A DNA stretch of 64,000 bases. Origin: Escherichia coli. Lineage in GTDB: Bacteria > Pseudomonadota > Gammaproteobacteria > Enterobacterales > Enterobacteriaceae. Position numbers and translations under genes: made by a program. Within the stretch, counting starts at the first letter, position 1. The number at the start of each line of letters is the position of its first letter. The notes under the pieces are model-generated. The model searched no databases and was not told the origin of the DNA. It saw only the letters and a program-made list of their open reading frames with translations. Of this stretch, positions 47,675 through 57,710 are shown piece after piece. Location of the stretch: assembly GCA_023061495.1 (NCBI GenBank), contig GCA_023061495.1_3643.1; one strand, written 5' to 3'.

Positions 47675-47941
47675 ATGAAATTAACTCAGTTTTTATGGGG
47701 GTTGGTTGCGGCATCTGATGACCCTACGAAAGTGTCCCAATCTAAGCTATGGTCAAACATAGGCATGGCAGTGATGACTGGGGTGTTTATTCATATGGGG
47801 TACAATGATACGCTTCCTGAATGGTATGCGTGGATATACGCACCTTCGGTAGCTTGCCCCCAGCTTATTAGCAAATTCATCTCGCTCCGGTGGGGTTGCC
47901 AGCACCCTGACCACGTTAAAAACGAAGAGCAAAAAGCTTAA
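47675..47941 (+). CDS. small membrane protein
   Basis: 88 aa with hydrophobic segments (LWGLVAA, IGMAVMTGVFIHMG). Confidence 0.3.
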   Translation: MKLTQFLWGLVAASDDPTKVSQSKLWSNIGMAVMTGVFIHMGYNDTLPEWYAWIYAPSVACPQLISKFISLRWGCQHPDHVKNEEQKA

Positions 47942-47950
47942 GGAGAAATC

Positions 47951-49696
47951 ATGGCGCAAGACATGACAAGCTTCGAGCAGGCGGTAGATCAAGTAATTGT
48001 TGATTCTGAACGTTTGCACTTGATTGTCAACGGTAACGCTGTGGATGAAGTTGTCGTAGAGGATGGGACCACTATCCCTACGGTACGAAAAGCCATGCTT
48101 GACACCCTTTATTTTAAAACGCCACCAATCCCTTGGGCGTATGGTGCATCCACAACAGTTTTTAACCAGTTGTATGAGTTTAAAGGGGATACAGGCACTC
48201 AGTGGTGGTACGCCCCAGCAGCATCAAAATCTAACCCAGTTAGGATGCCAGCAGATCCTTCACAATCTCCGAACTGGAGATTATATACCGATTCTGCAGT
48301 AATGGCAAAATACTACGCAAAACTTAACAGCCCAAGGTTCGAAGGTGACCCGAGAGTACCTACACCCCCAATGGACGATAAGTCTGAGTCTATAGCAAAC
48401 ACAGAGTTTGTTGTTGACTATGTGGATAGCATATTTAAAGCCATGGAGGGGATGAAAGTTACTGTAGGGTCTTTGGTGGTAAAAGGTCTTACAGAACTAG
48501 CTAACACCATAGTTGGGGGCACCCTTACCTTACATGGGCCTGTTAATGGAGCAGATTCTACTGCACGCTTCAGGAACCTAATCCTCACGGCAAATACTTC
48601 TACACTTACTTTTGCGTGGAGCGATCCTAAGCATGCAGACTGGAGAAGCACAGAGCTGCAACCTCATGAAGTGTCCACCCACAGGGTTATAGCTGACACT
48701 ATAACCTCTGGGAAACCAGTGGCTAATAATAACGATGTACATTTTGATGGTCTTGGTAATAACTTTTTTGACTACGTGTACATTCGTGGTAATGCCATGA
48801 AGGCAGCAACCGAACCTACATTGCAGGTCGATGGGACCGCCAGGGTTAAGAACCTTGAGGTGACAGGCACCGTTACAGGGATAACCTACTCTGTTGATGG
48901 TACCATGATCTACCCTAGCTATATTGAAAGCACGGGTGATGCATTGATAAATGGCGATTTAGAGGTTGGTGGGTCTGTAGTTATTCGAGGTACAGCCTCT
49001 ATCCAAAACATAGCTCTGAACACTCTGAGAGTCAATGAGCGTGCAACTTTTGAAGGGGAAGGGCTTACAGCTAACAAAGGCATAATTACCGAGCTGACAA
49101 CAACTACTTTAACTGCAACAACTGCAAACTCTGAAAACTGCAACGTTACCAGAAACTTGCAGGTAAACGGCGATGTTAGCTTAAATGACAACGGCACAGG
49201 AACAACACGCCTTCATAACCTTGAAATATCCGGCACAGTGACTGGGTGGCTGCCAGACTTCTCTAATGTCAATTTTGTTTGTAATGGTATTAACTCCAGC
49301 GGTAAGATAACCACCTCTCAAGGAATTGAGGCTGGTAAAACCATCACTGCCCCTACTTTCCACGCAGGAAAAGTAGACTTTGACTTAGAGGAGGTTGACG
49401 CATCTAGTGGGACATGGACACCTAACGGGCAGGCCAGTATGTATGTTGTCCACGCTAAAGGGGATTTTACAATAGGGCAGTGGCCTGGGACATCAGCGGA
49501 AGATAAACCTTATCCATTCACTGCAGTTATCTATGTCATTCAGGATGCCGTAGGTCACAACGTGACTTTGCACGATAAGTATGCTATCCTGTCGGCAACA
49601 CCTGTTATTAACAACAAGGCTAACAGTGTTACCCTGCTGCAATTAACATATTGTGGTGTTGGTGATATCGTAGACGTAGTAATTGCACAACGTTAA
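47951..49696 (+). CDS. tail fibre protein
   Basis: 581 aa; N-terminal region SPRFEGDPRVPTPPMDDKSESIANTEFVVDY has the character of fibre shoulder domains; Thr/Gly/Val-rich beta-type sequence; terminator downstream. Confidence 0.5.
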   Translation: MAQDMTSFEQAVDQVIVDSERLHLIVNGNAVDEVVVEDGTTIPTVRKAMLDTLYFKTPPIPWAYGASTTVFNQLYEFKGDTGTQWWYAPAASKSNPVRMPADPSQSPNWRLYTDSAVMAKYYAKLNSPRFEGDPRVPTPPMDDKSESIANTEFVVDYVDSIFKAMEGMKVTVGSLVVKGLTELANTIVGGTLTLHGPVNGADSTARFRNLILTANTSTLTFAWSDPKHADWRSTELQPHEVSTHRVIADTITSGKPVANNNDVHFDGLGNNFFDYVYIRGNAMKAATEPTLQVDGTARVKNLEVTGTVTGITYSVDGTMIYPSYIESTGDALINGDLEVGGSVVIRGTASIQNIALNTLRVNERATFEGEGLTANKGIITELTTTTLTATTANSENCNVTRNLQVNGDVSLNDNGTGTTRLHNLEISGTVTGWLPDFSNVNFVCNGINSSGKITTSQGIEAGKTITAPTFHAGKVDFDLEEVDASSGTWTPNGQASMYVVHAKGDFTIGQWPGTSAEDKPYPFTAVIYVIQDAVGHNVTLHDKYAILSATPVINNKANSVTLLQLTYCGVGDIVDVVIAQR

Positions 49697-49704
49697 TATA
49701 TCTA

Positions 49705-49732
49705 ACCGCTCCTGACGGGGCGGTTTTCTTAT
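49705..49732 (+). terminator. terminator-like hairpin plus T-run
   Basis: ccgctcc-tgac-ggggcgg followed by TTTTCTT. Confidence 0.5.
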
Positions 49733-49744
49733 CTGGAGAACACA

Positions 49745-52700
49745 ATGCTTCCAATCCCTTTGCTAAAACTTGGTCGTCATTTCCTCGATAAGAGGGGTGG
49801 AATTAAGGAACTTGCTGTTCTGTCATACCCAATAGACAACAGTGATGGCACAAGCACTACAGTACCCTATGTAAATAGCTTAGCTATACTTTTTGATGAT
49901 GGTCAACTTAATATCACGGGATATAACAGGTTCGGAGAGTGCCGCACTGGGGATCTTGACACGATAAACTATCCCAACGAGGCTGCCTGGAACGTTGATC
50001 ATGTGTGGAGAGCAGACCGTGCGTTTGTGATCCGAACTTTTGATAACCAGTTTTTCTACATCGGCTGCACTGCAGGGCTTATTGGGTCTGATGCTGCAGG
50101 CGGTAATGATGTTTGTGTAAGAGAGTGGACACCTCTTCCTGAACAGATCGTTAAAGGGTTGCACCTTGACACCCACCCAGAGCGCCTTATTGAGGTGATG
50201 GGTGGTATTAACAACACTGTCTGGGTTATTGCAGAGGCAGAAGGCACAGGCATACTGAATCTGTATGGGTCTGGTAACAACACCTACGGATCTTTGCATG
50301 TAGATAAAAATCAGCATGCAACCCCTGTAAAGATCGGTGAGACATCGGAAAATCCTGAAACAGGCCCTTGGAAAAACCCAAGCATTAACTGCGAGGTGCA
50401 TGACAACTCTGTTATTTTCGGTGGTCCTAGAGGTTTCTGGATTGCTGGATACGACTTTCTGAGAAATAACAGTAGAAACGACCTTGTTTGGCCTCCTGTG
50501 CAGATTACTCGTAACGATTTGAGAGGCATTCCTGCAGATGAGGAGTGGAAAGGGTTTATGTGTGGTCCTAACGGGGCAATAATTGCCACACAGAGGATGC
50601 ACAAACCTAATGACCAGCAGCTTGTTAACGTATTCTACGGGCAAGACGTCTGGGGAGATGACACATGGCGTTCCTTAAATATCACCTACACCCATGAGGT
50701 GATAATGGCTCGTGGATACGGAACAAGTGGCATTTTCTTCAATAATGGCACTAAGCAGTATCGTGGGTTCTCTCGCAACTTGTGTAATGATATTGGTGCA
50801 CAATCTGCAAACAATAGCCCTAGGGCCAATTTTATCCACTATCAAGCTCTTGCTACAGCTAAATATGTTGAGCAACGCCTGCCAGTTAGCTGGACAGAGA
50901 GTGTTTATTTCCAAGGCATCCACAGAGAAGGTTTCTTAGGGACCTTTACTGTTGTTAATGGTAAACTTTGGTGGTCAGGCATCCCGAGGGGAAGTTTTGC
51001 AGGATCTAACAACCTGTTTGGCGGCAGACTTAATAGTCAGGGGTTCACAGAGGTTCCTGAGAATTGGTATAAAAATGTCCCAGTAGACAGTTGGGGTGTT
51101 GATGATATTTTCGATGTTAACGGTGTTAGCAGCGTTAGCAATATCTACATTGGTGACACGGTCAAGATGAAACTGAAGCCTCAGCCAGAGGGGGCTACGT
51201 TCATTATTGACAAAATTGAACTGGTAAATGCTGCAGGCACGGTTGTTACAGATGCAAATTACCAATTCTCCGCCAACTGGAACCACGGTGGGGCCAACGA
51301 AGTTGTTGTTACCCAATATAACAGAAATGTTAACAGACGTGGACTGTACTCTGTAAAAATAACCTATCATGACAAACATGGCACAGGCAGAACCCACACA
51401 ACAAGGACTTTGAACTGGAACACTATCGTCCCAGCGTACCCGTCTGATGGTAAATGGCATACTGTCGGTAGAAACAAACAGTTCCATGTCAACGATACTG
51501 TATACTTTGGGTTGAATGCGGCCCAGCCTGCAGTAGAAGGGGATACATCGTATATGGTCAGACTCCATAGAATGGATGCTGGATCAGTAACTTATGATGT
51601 TACTCAAGAGATTTATAATCAGCGACGAAATACCTATGATAACTTGGTGCAGACACAGGCCTTATGGGAGTTCAACCCAAACGGCAGAGGTGGTAAAATG
51701 TTGCAGGTCAACGAACAAAACGGGACATCGTTGACGGTTCACGAACACCCAAACCCTTGGCCTGATCCTGGAAAACCTAACTCTGGTGCTCGTACATTAA
51801 AAATTGTCAGCCATGACGTAGGATATTTCGGAATACGCTGGGAAGCCACAGTAAGATATGCTGACGGGACGACAAACAATATTGGGATCACCCTTGGTGG
51901 CACTAGTGAGGATAACTCACTGAAAATTGCCTACACTCCTAGAGGCATTTCTATTGATAATATGGATGTTGTTCGCAACGGTTACGGGGATGTGAACATC
52001 AAAGTCACCCTTGGTGAACATCTTGGTGGGGAAAGAATCATCATGTATGCCTTTGATCATGACCCTCGCACCAACGGAACATATGCAGACCAGGCGTGGA
52101 GTTACCTGATAAGTGCACCTGAGCCAAATACTAAAGAATTCTACTACGGTATGAAGCGCAATGTGTGCAAGAAAACAGGGACACATGACTGGATTGCAAT
52201 CTGCGTTAAGGATGAGCGTACTGCTTGGAACGAACCTGTTAATAGATGGTTCGTAGGTATTCCCACCCGAAGTGATAAATACGTTGAAGAATATATTGTG
52301 TGCATGGGCGGCACCAACCTTAATATGTGTTGGAACGAGGATGCAAACAACAAATACTCTGATTATGACTATATGCGGGACTATTCTTGCAATCAGTGGT
52401 TTAACCAACCTGGATATGCTGATCGACAGGCAAGAGTGAATCCTGCAATCTTCACAGATACTCAGGTTTTCTTGACAAAACAGGCTAACGAGGTTCAGAC
52501 CTTCAAGAACAAATACGATCCTAACAAGTGGTTTTATAACTGTTATGGCGCATTTTTCTGGGGTCCTGGCGAACTACCTAATGGAGGATCTTGCTTCGAG
52601 GCTGCAACTTACGCCAGTGACAGGTTTATGGGGCAGGTTAAGAAGTACAAGATAATCCCTGGTCCTGAAACTCTGGGCAATGCCGTTGACCCTTATATCG

Positions 52701-55480
52701 TCATGACCGTGCTGAGATCAAACATGGATGGGACATCCATGTCTATGCAAGTTCCAGTAACAAACGGGTACAAACGTGTTGTGATGATCATTAAGTGCGA
52801 CTTAATAGGTAAGCAAGTTCTTGCAGAAAACGGAACCTCAACACATTTATTCGAGACTGCTCTGCATTATCAGTTTGCTGATTCACCTTTTGCAGGGGAT
52901 AAGAGAATATCTGATACAGACAATGCTCGATGCAAGAAATTTATGCTTGGTGGTGGATGGTGGTGGTATGAATTTGATTTAACAGACAAATTCACCGACA
53001 CGTCTAAAGTGGTGACAGGGCTTCGTCTAGATCTTGGCGAAAACATGCACAAAAGTGTTTGTGATGGCACCTACGGTGACCCAACAATCTACTTAAAGTA
53101 TGTTTCTTTTGAGCACCCAGAGGATGTCGTTTATGGTCCAAAACTGAGACTGTTTGGCAATTGGATTGCTAAAGACAGGGCAGGTATGGGTAAAAAGGTG
53201 AGAGGGTTCTTAGTTGATGCAGGAACAGAAGACATGTTGGTTAATGCAGTGTGGCCTGAATTACCGGGAACTCAGTGGGACAATTCTGCTAAGTCTATAA
53301 ACTGGTTCAATATCCACAGAGCTATGTGGGCAACTAACTGCTATCTGTGGAAAGAGTTGAATGACGGCGCTTTCGGGTTTACTGGTGGCAGAAGAATGGC
53401 AATCATTTGCTGGACAACGCTGCAGAGATGTTATGACCATGACTACGAGATTGGAGGCAGGGCATGGAAAAATATAAGGGATAGAATCATAACTAACTTT
53501 GCAGATCCTAACGGTGGCGGGGCGTATGGTTTCGACTGCAGCAGGCTTATCCATTTGAACGGATCTTCGGCCTATAAGAAAGAAGGCTACTCTGGGGCCA
53601 TGATTGAATGGGGCTTGGTAAAAGATTCTCGTGTGTTGATGGGTCAGCAACTTGCTGCTGCAATAGGACCGAACGCAGTACAATCTGTTAAACCAGCATG
53701 GTTCGATATCCCATTATGGTCCTCTGGAACACCAGGAACTGCTGCAATCAACCCTACCACTGGGGATCTGGAAATCTCCTGGGAGGACCTGAAGCAGGTC
53801 GGTGGCTGGGATAAGGCAGGGTACCAGGTGCAATGGTGGAGATCTGACGGATCATTGGCGGCTGATGAGTTTGTTAAGGACAATTTCTACACCATGTCCT
53901 CTGCAAAAGCACAGCAATTGTTTGGTCAGGCCACTCCGTCAACGATCACCATGTCCATGTGCTGTAAAGACACCAGGACTGGAGCTCTGGGGCCAAGGGT
54001 TGCTAAAGTTTTCTCAGGTATTAAATGGAATCTCCCTGTTCAAAGTGTTTCATGGAAGCAAATAGGTGATAACAAGCTGCTGGTTACCCCAGCTTGTCAG
54101 TTCAGCGCAACTCTTAACGTTGATCCTGCTGTTGCGGCAAACTCAGCTAAAGCTTCTGACTTCTCTGTGTCTAACACTGCTATGGCAGATGTGAGGAAGA
54201 TTGACACGCTGAACGCCAGAATTACCTGTAAAAACACTTATGGCACATTCCAGATCATCAACAACTTCACAGATGCTGATTCTAAGGTAGTGAGGACAGC
54301 AAGCCAAACTCTGAGTTTAGGAACTCTGGCCTACGCGGCCCTGATCACTGAACAGTCGGCAACACTCCAAGGAGGCGGTGTAGGCAAGTCCATTGCAACA
54401 CCTGTGTGGAAGCCAAATGAGTGGGTTGTGTTTGATTTAACTGTGGACTTCTCCAGCGATAATAACTGGACATGGGTAAGGAATTNNNNNNNNNNNNNNN
54501 NNNNNNNNNNNNNNNNNNNNNNNNNNNNNNNNNNNNNNNNNNNNNNNNNNNNNNNNNNNNNNNNNNNNNNNNNNNNNNNNNNNTTCTTGTCACAACTGAT
54601 GGGTGGCCCAAACTCAGTTAGTGATAGCCAAGACTCCACTGACCCGAGTGTGTTTCAGGTGGGTAAAACTCACCCAGAAACTGGGGCACCGTTGCCTGAC
54701 AGGAAGTATGCTTTGGTTTGCATCTCTTACGGAAAAGCAGATGTAACCTTCTCAGGGACACACACATATAACGGCACTTACAACTTCTCTAAAAAGTACA
54801 GCCTCAAGGCAGGTAACATTGTAGACGAGGTTGGTGCGTTGTATAATCCAGGAAACGGGATAGGGATTGTAGGTGGTAAACTGCAGATGCAGGAACCTTC
54901 TATTACCCCTTCCAATGTGCCAGGAATCAGAAAGACTTGGGAAAGTAGTAATACCAACATTGCAACAGTGGATGCTACCACAGGGCTGGTAACATTTAAA
55001 GCTACTGGGAATGTCACTATAAAGTTTGTAGTTACAGATGATGCAGGGCGCAAAACGTCTTCAACATCTTTTACTGTCAAACAGATGGCACCACAGTGGA
55101 GAATGTGGATAGGTACAGCAACAAACGGGGCATATCCTAATCCGGCAGGGACTTCTGGTATGAAGACTTTCTCTACAAGCAAGCCGATGGAGTACGGCAG
55201 CGGTCCTAAGGTAGGGCAGATGGTGTACTTTGGTGCGTATATTCCTGAAATTATAGGGCTTCCGAGAAGTCAGCTTCAGTTGCTGTTTGGGGCTGGTGTT
55301 GACGATCTTGCCACTTTCGGGTATAGAGACAACATCGATGCTGCAAGGAGTTCAGGATGGGTAGGGTTCAGAATGGAGTCTGGAAAGGAAGGCAGGATTC
55401 TAGGGACAGCCTCTATAGGTGTTATGTTCCCTGGTGACCAGCAGTATCGTCTAGAAGCCTACGCAACCTTTTCTCGTTAA
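49745..55480 (+). CDS. giant structural/adhesin-like protein (about 1900 aa; spans an N block)
   Basis: Single ORF ending at a strong bidirectional terminator; Gly/Asn/Thr/Trp-rich; the N run 54486-54583 lies inside, so continuity across it is assumed. Confidence 0.5.
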   Translation: MLPIPLLKLGRHFLDKRGGIKELAVLSYPIDNSDGTSTTVPYVNSLAILFDDGQLNITGYNRFGECRTGDLDTINYPNEAAWNVDHVWRADRAFVIRTFDNQFFYIGCTAGLIGSDAAGGNDVCVREWTPLPEQIVKGLHLDTHPERLIEVMGGINNTVWVIAEAEGTGILNLYGSGNNTYGSLHVDKNQHATPVKIGETSENPETGPWKNPSINCEVHDNSVIFGGPRGFWIAGYDFLRNNSRNDLVWPPVQITRNDLRGIPADEEWKGFMCGPNGAIIATQRMHKPNDQQLVNVFYGQDVWGDDTWRSLNITYTHEVIMARGYGTSGIFFNNGTKQYRGFSRNLCNDIGAQSANNSPRANFIHYQALATAKYVEQRLPVSWTESVYFQGIHREGFLGTFTVVNGKLWWSGIPRGSFAGSNNLFGGRLNSQGFTEVPENWYKNVPVDSWGVDDIFDVNGVSSVSNIYIGDTVKMKLKPQPEGATFIIDKIELVNAAGTVVTDANYQFSANWNHGGANEVVVTQYNRNVNRRGLYSVKITYHDKHGTGRTHTTRTLNWNTIVPAYPSDGKWHTVGRNKQFHVNDTVYFGLNAAQPAVEGDTSYMVRLHRMDAGSVTYDVTQEIYNQRRNTYDNLVQTQALWEFNPNGRGGKMLQVNEQNGTSLTVHEHPNPWPDPGKPNSGARTLKIVSHDVGYFGIRWEATVRYADGTTNNIGITLGGTSEDNSLKIAYTPRGISIDNMDVVRNGYGDVNIKVTLGEHLGGERIIMYAFDHDPRTNGTYADQAWSYLISAPEPNTKEFYYGMKRNVCKKTGTHDWIAICVKDERTAWNEPVNRWFVGIPTRSDKYVEEYIVCMGGTNLNMCWNEDANNKYSDYDYMRDYSCNQWFNQPGYADRQARVNPAIFTDTQVFLTKQANEVQTFKNKYDPNKWFYNCYGAFFWGPGELPNGGSCFEAATYASDRFMGQVKKYKIIPGPETLGNAVDPYIVMTVLRSNMDGTSMSMQVPVTNGYKRVVMIIKCDLIGKQVLAENGTSTHLFETALHYQFADSPFAGDKRISDTDNARCKKFMLGGGWWWYEFDLTDKFTDTSKVVTGLRLDLGENMHKSVCDGTYGDPTIYLKYVSFEHPEDVVYGPKLRLFGNWIAKDRAGMGKKVRGFLVDAGTEDMLVNAVWPELPGTQWDNSAKSINWFNIHRAMWATNCYLWKELNDGAFGFTGGRRMAIICWTTLQRCYDHDYEIGGRAWKNIRDRIITNFADPNGGGAYGFDCSRLIHLNGSSAYKKEGYSGAMIEWGLVKDSRVLMGQQLAAAIGPNAVQSVKPAWFDIPLWSSGTPGTAAINPTTGDLEISWEDLKQVGGWDKAGYQVQWWRSDGSLAADEFVKDNFYTMSSAKAQQLFGQATPSTITMSMCCKDTRTGALGPRVAKVFSGIKWNLPVQSVSWKQIGDNKLLVTPACQFSATLNVDPAVAANSAKASDFSVSNTAMADVRKIDTLNARITCKNTYGTFQIINNFTDADSKVVRTASQTLSLGTLAYAALITEQSATLQGGGVGKSIATPVWKPNEWVVFDLTVDFSSDNNWTWVRNXXXXXXXXXXXXXXXXXXXXXXXXXXXXXXXXXFLSQLMGGPNSVSDSQDSTDPSVFQVGKTHPETGAPLPDRKYALVCISYGKADVTFSGTHTYNGTYNFSKKYSLKAGNIVDEVGALYNPGNGIGIVGGKLQMQEPSITPSNVPGIRKTWESSNTNIATVDATTGLVTFKATGNVTIKFVVTDDAGRKTSSTSFTVKQMAPQWRMWIGTATNGAYPNPAGTSGMKTFSTSKPMEYGSGPKVGQMVYFGAYIPEIIGLPRSQLQLLFGAGVDDLATFGYRDNIDAARSSGWVGFRMESGKEGRILGTASIGVMFPGDQQYRLEAYATFSR
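54486..54583. other. block of 98 N (masked or unresolved sequence)
   Basis: Read directly; inside the giant ORF. Confidence 1.
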
Positions 55481-55492
55481 CAAGGGGGTAAA

Positions 55493-55526
55493 TAAAAAAG
55501 GGGCCAAACGGCCCCTTTCTTTTTAT
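55493..55526. terminator. bidirectional rho-independent terminator between convergent modules
   Basis: A-run, ggggcc-aaac-ggcccc stem, T-run; sits between the plus-strand structural block and the minus-strand operon. Confidence 0.85.
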
Positions 55527-55528
55527 AG

Positions 55529-55729
55529 TTAGTAATACTCCCAACATGCCCCATCTTCAGACGGCTTGACGCGCTTACCTTTATGGTCAACATAGGTATA
55601 GCCACAACCTTCACAAATAACAGGTGCTGCATAGCCTTCCTTCCACTGATCCTCAGTGATCAGACCTTCCAAATCTTTGCAGTCAAAGCCAAACAACTCT
55701 TCAGAGCAATCTTTACAAAAATCAGCCAT
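55529..55729 (-). CDS. small Zn-ribbon protein
   Basis: 66 aa with CKDC...CEGCGYTY cysteine pairs; last gene of the minus-strand operon. Confidence 0.4.
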   Translation of the reverse strand: MADFCKDCSEELFGFDCKDLEGLITEDQWKEGYAAPVICEGCGYTYVDHKGKRVKPSEDGACWEYY

Positions 55730-55732
55730 TTC

Positions 55733-56215
55733 TCAGTCCTCGCATTTAACAAATTTTTCTACAGATCCGCCAAGCACAGCTTGTTGCTTGATGGCACTTC
55801 CTTCATCATGGTGGATAGATTTATGCTCCGTTCCACCAAACTTCCCTGTGTGGAAGGTGTGCACCCAAATCTCTTTGGGAAGGGATTTATTCTCTTCTCC
55901 CACCAATTCCCACATACCCCACAAGTGATCTGTGATATCTCTGATGAAATATCCCTCACCGAGGTTTGTATTCACACTATAGGCCGATTCGTGATCTCCG
56001 TGAGTATAACGGAAGGCAGTGTACTCTTTCCCCGGTGTGAAGTGGGTATCCATCAGTATAGCTGTTAGAGAATTAGGGTCTCGAAAGCCCAAGAACTTTA
56101 GTTTAACAACTTCTACGTTTACACTTGCAAGATTATCCATGACAATCTCCTCTGTTGGGTTGGTGAGATAATCATATATAAATCTGGTGTTAGTGTCAAG
56201 CTTAATTTTAAGCAA
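55733..56215 (-). CDS. hypothetical protein with two H-x-T segments (speculative 2H-phosphoesterase-like)
   Basis: 160 aa; DTHFT and VHTFHTG separated by about 60 aa; assignment is a guess from motif shape only. Confidence 0.25.
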   Translation of the reverse strand: MLKIKLDTNTRFIYDYLTNPTEEIVMDNLASVNVEVVKLKFLGFRDPNSLTAILMDTHFTPGKEYTAFRYTHGDHESAYSVNTNLGEGYFIRDITDHLWGMWELVGEENKSLPKEIWVHTFHTGKFGGTEHKSIHHDEGSAIKQQAVLGGSVEKFVKCED

Positions 56216-56303
56216 TTTGAGAGGGTATTTTATTCAGAAGGGTAATCGCACATAGGTAGGAAGTTTATGAAGGCACAGGCCTCGTTTGAGGCCTTAAAAT
56301 CGA

Positions 56304-56684
56304 TTATGACACTTTGACGTAGCGCTCTGACAAAGCTGGAAAGCCAACAGCAGTACCTATGCTGCCGTATGCTATCCACCATTGAAGTTCATCGTGACAC
56401 CATTTTCCGATCAGAAAGGTGCTGGGGTAGCGAGTCAGTATTTTGGCATAAGCTTTAGGGTCTGCATCCTCTGGGATAATGATGCTTGGAGCATCTTTGT
56501 TATGACCACAGCAGCAGTTTATAGTTTTCAATCCTGCCGCCCATAGACTCATGATAGGCTTAGCCATGCACTTATCAAGGCACACACGTTTTTTGCAGTC
56601 ACGGAGCTTTTTAGGCACATCAACGATAACATTTGGATGCTTGGCACCTTTAACTTTCCAATTATAGGATTTACACTTGCACAT
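56304..56684 (-). CDS. Cys-rich hypothetical protein
   Basis: 126 aa with CKCKSY, CLDKC and CCCGH cysteine clusters. Confidence 0.35.
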   Translation of the reverse strand: MCKCKSYNWKVKGAKHPNVIVDVPKKLRDCKKRVCLDKCMAKPIMSLWAAGLKTINCCCGHNKDAPSIIIPEDADPKAYAKILTRYPSTFLIGKWCHDELQWWIAYGSIGTAVGFPALSERYVKVS

Positions 56685-56902
56685 TTAATCAGTCTCCATT
56701 TAGAAATCCACACTATTACGTTTTTGAGGCATACCTTACTTAAAGTCTTTGTCACCTATTACGATTGCACGAATCCACTCATTGTGATGCTTAATGGCGG
56801 TAAGGTGTAACATAATGTAGTGATTGTCATTACCAAACACGGCGCGATAAGCTTTAGCAGCACCATGGTATAACTTCCACATCAAGTAATGGTATCTTCG
56901 TT

Positions 56903-57382
56903 TCATGGCTCTTTCTCCGGTTCAGGATCTGGGTAATCTTCAATAATAAAGGGCCATCCGTTACGCTTAGCGTCAGACTTATACTCAATTTCCTTCATTG
57001 CAAACTCTAACTGATTCTTAGCCGGAATGCAAGCTGGAGAATCATCAACCCAGATGTCTGGGTAGATATCAAACTGCGCCAGATAAGCGGCCTTCTGAAC
57101 GCCTCCAGTATAAAACACTCCAACATCGAGCTCCTTGCGCCAGTATTCGATGTCCACGTTGTCTTGAGTGATGAATCGGAAAGTCACAAGATAGACTGTC
57201 CACCCCTCCTTCTTCAGGTCCTTAATAAGGCGGGAGAAGATGAAAGGGCTCGCATTAAACGTTCCATCAAAGTCAATAGCAATGATATGCGTGCAGTGAC
57301 GAGTCTCATATGGATTGCTCGTGGTGAGATTGCTGTAGTTAAAAGGTACTTCTTCTCCGCAGTAGCTGTAGTCCATATTCAC
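56903..57382 (-). CDS. HAD-superfamily phosphatase/nucleotidase-like protein
   Basis: HAD motif I IAIDFDGTF near the N-terminus; 159 aa. Confidence 0.5.
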   Translation of the reverse strand: MNMDYSYCGEEVPFNYSNLTTSNPYETRHCTHIIAIDFDGTFNASPFIFSRLIKDLKKEGWTVYLVTFRFITQDNVDIEYWRKELDVGVFYTGGVQKAAYLAQFDIYPDIWVDDSPACIPAKNQLEFAMKEIEYKSDAKRNGWPFIIEDYPDPEPEKEP

Positions 57383-57654
57383 ACCTTCTCGTTGATAAAT
57401 TTACGGGCGGTTTGGTGAGTTGTTTCTGCTGTCTTCAGAATGATATTAATTTTATTGTCAAGATCATTCATCTCAGCAGTTAATTCAGGAATCTCTCCAG
57501 CATGCATGGTGAAATCATACATAGACATACCCAGGATCTCATTGATTCGGCGGTTGCATTCTGCAGCACGTTGGTTCATTTTCCAAGCTAACACTAGAGC
57601 CTCTTGCGTAGCCTCTAGTGCAAAGTCTAATACGTCAGCTTCTTCTTTCGTCAT
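57379..57654 (-). CDS. hypothetical small helical protein
   Basis: 91-aa ORF stop-start coupled with neighbours. Confidence 0.35.
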   Translation of the reverse strand: MTKEEADVLDFALEATQEALVLAWKMNQRAAECNRRINEILGMSMYDFTMHAGEIPELTAEMNDLDNKINIILKTAETTHQTARKFINEKV

Positions 57655-57710
57655 CTCAGTCTCTCTTGTTGTATTGTTGATAGGTGTATGAATGCTTTAT
57701 AACTCACCTT

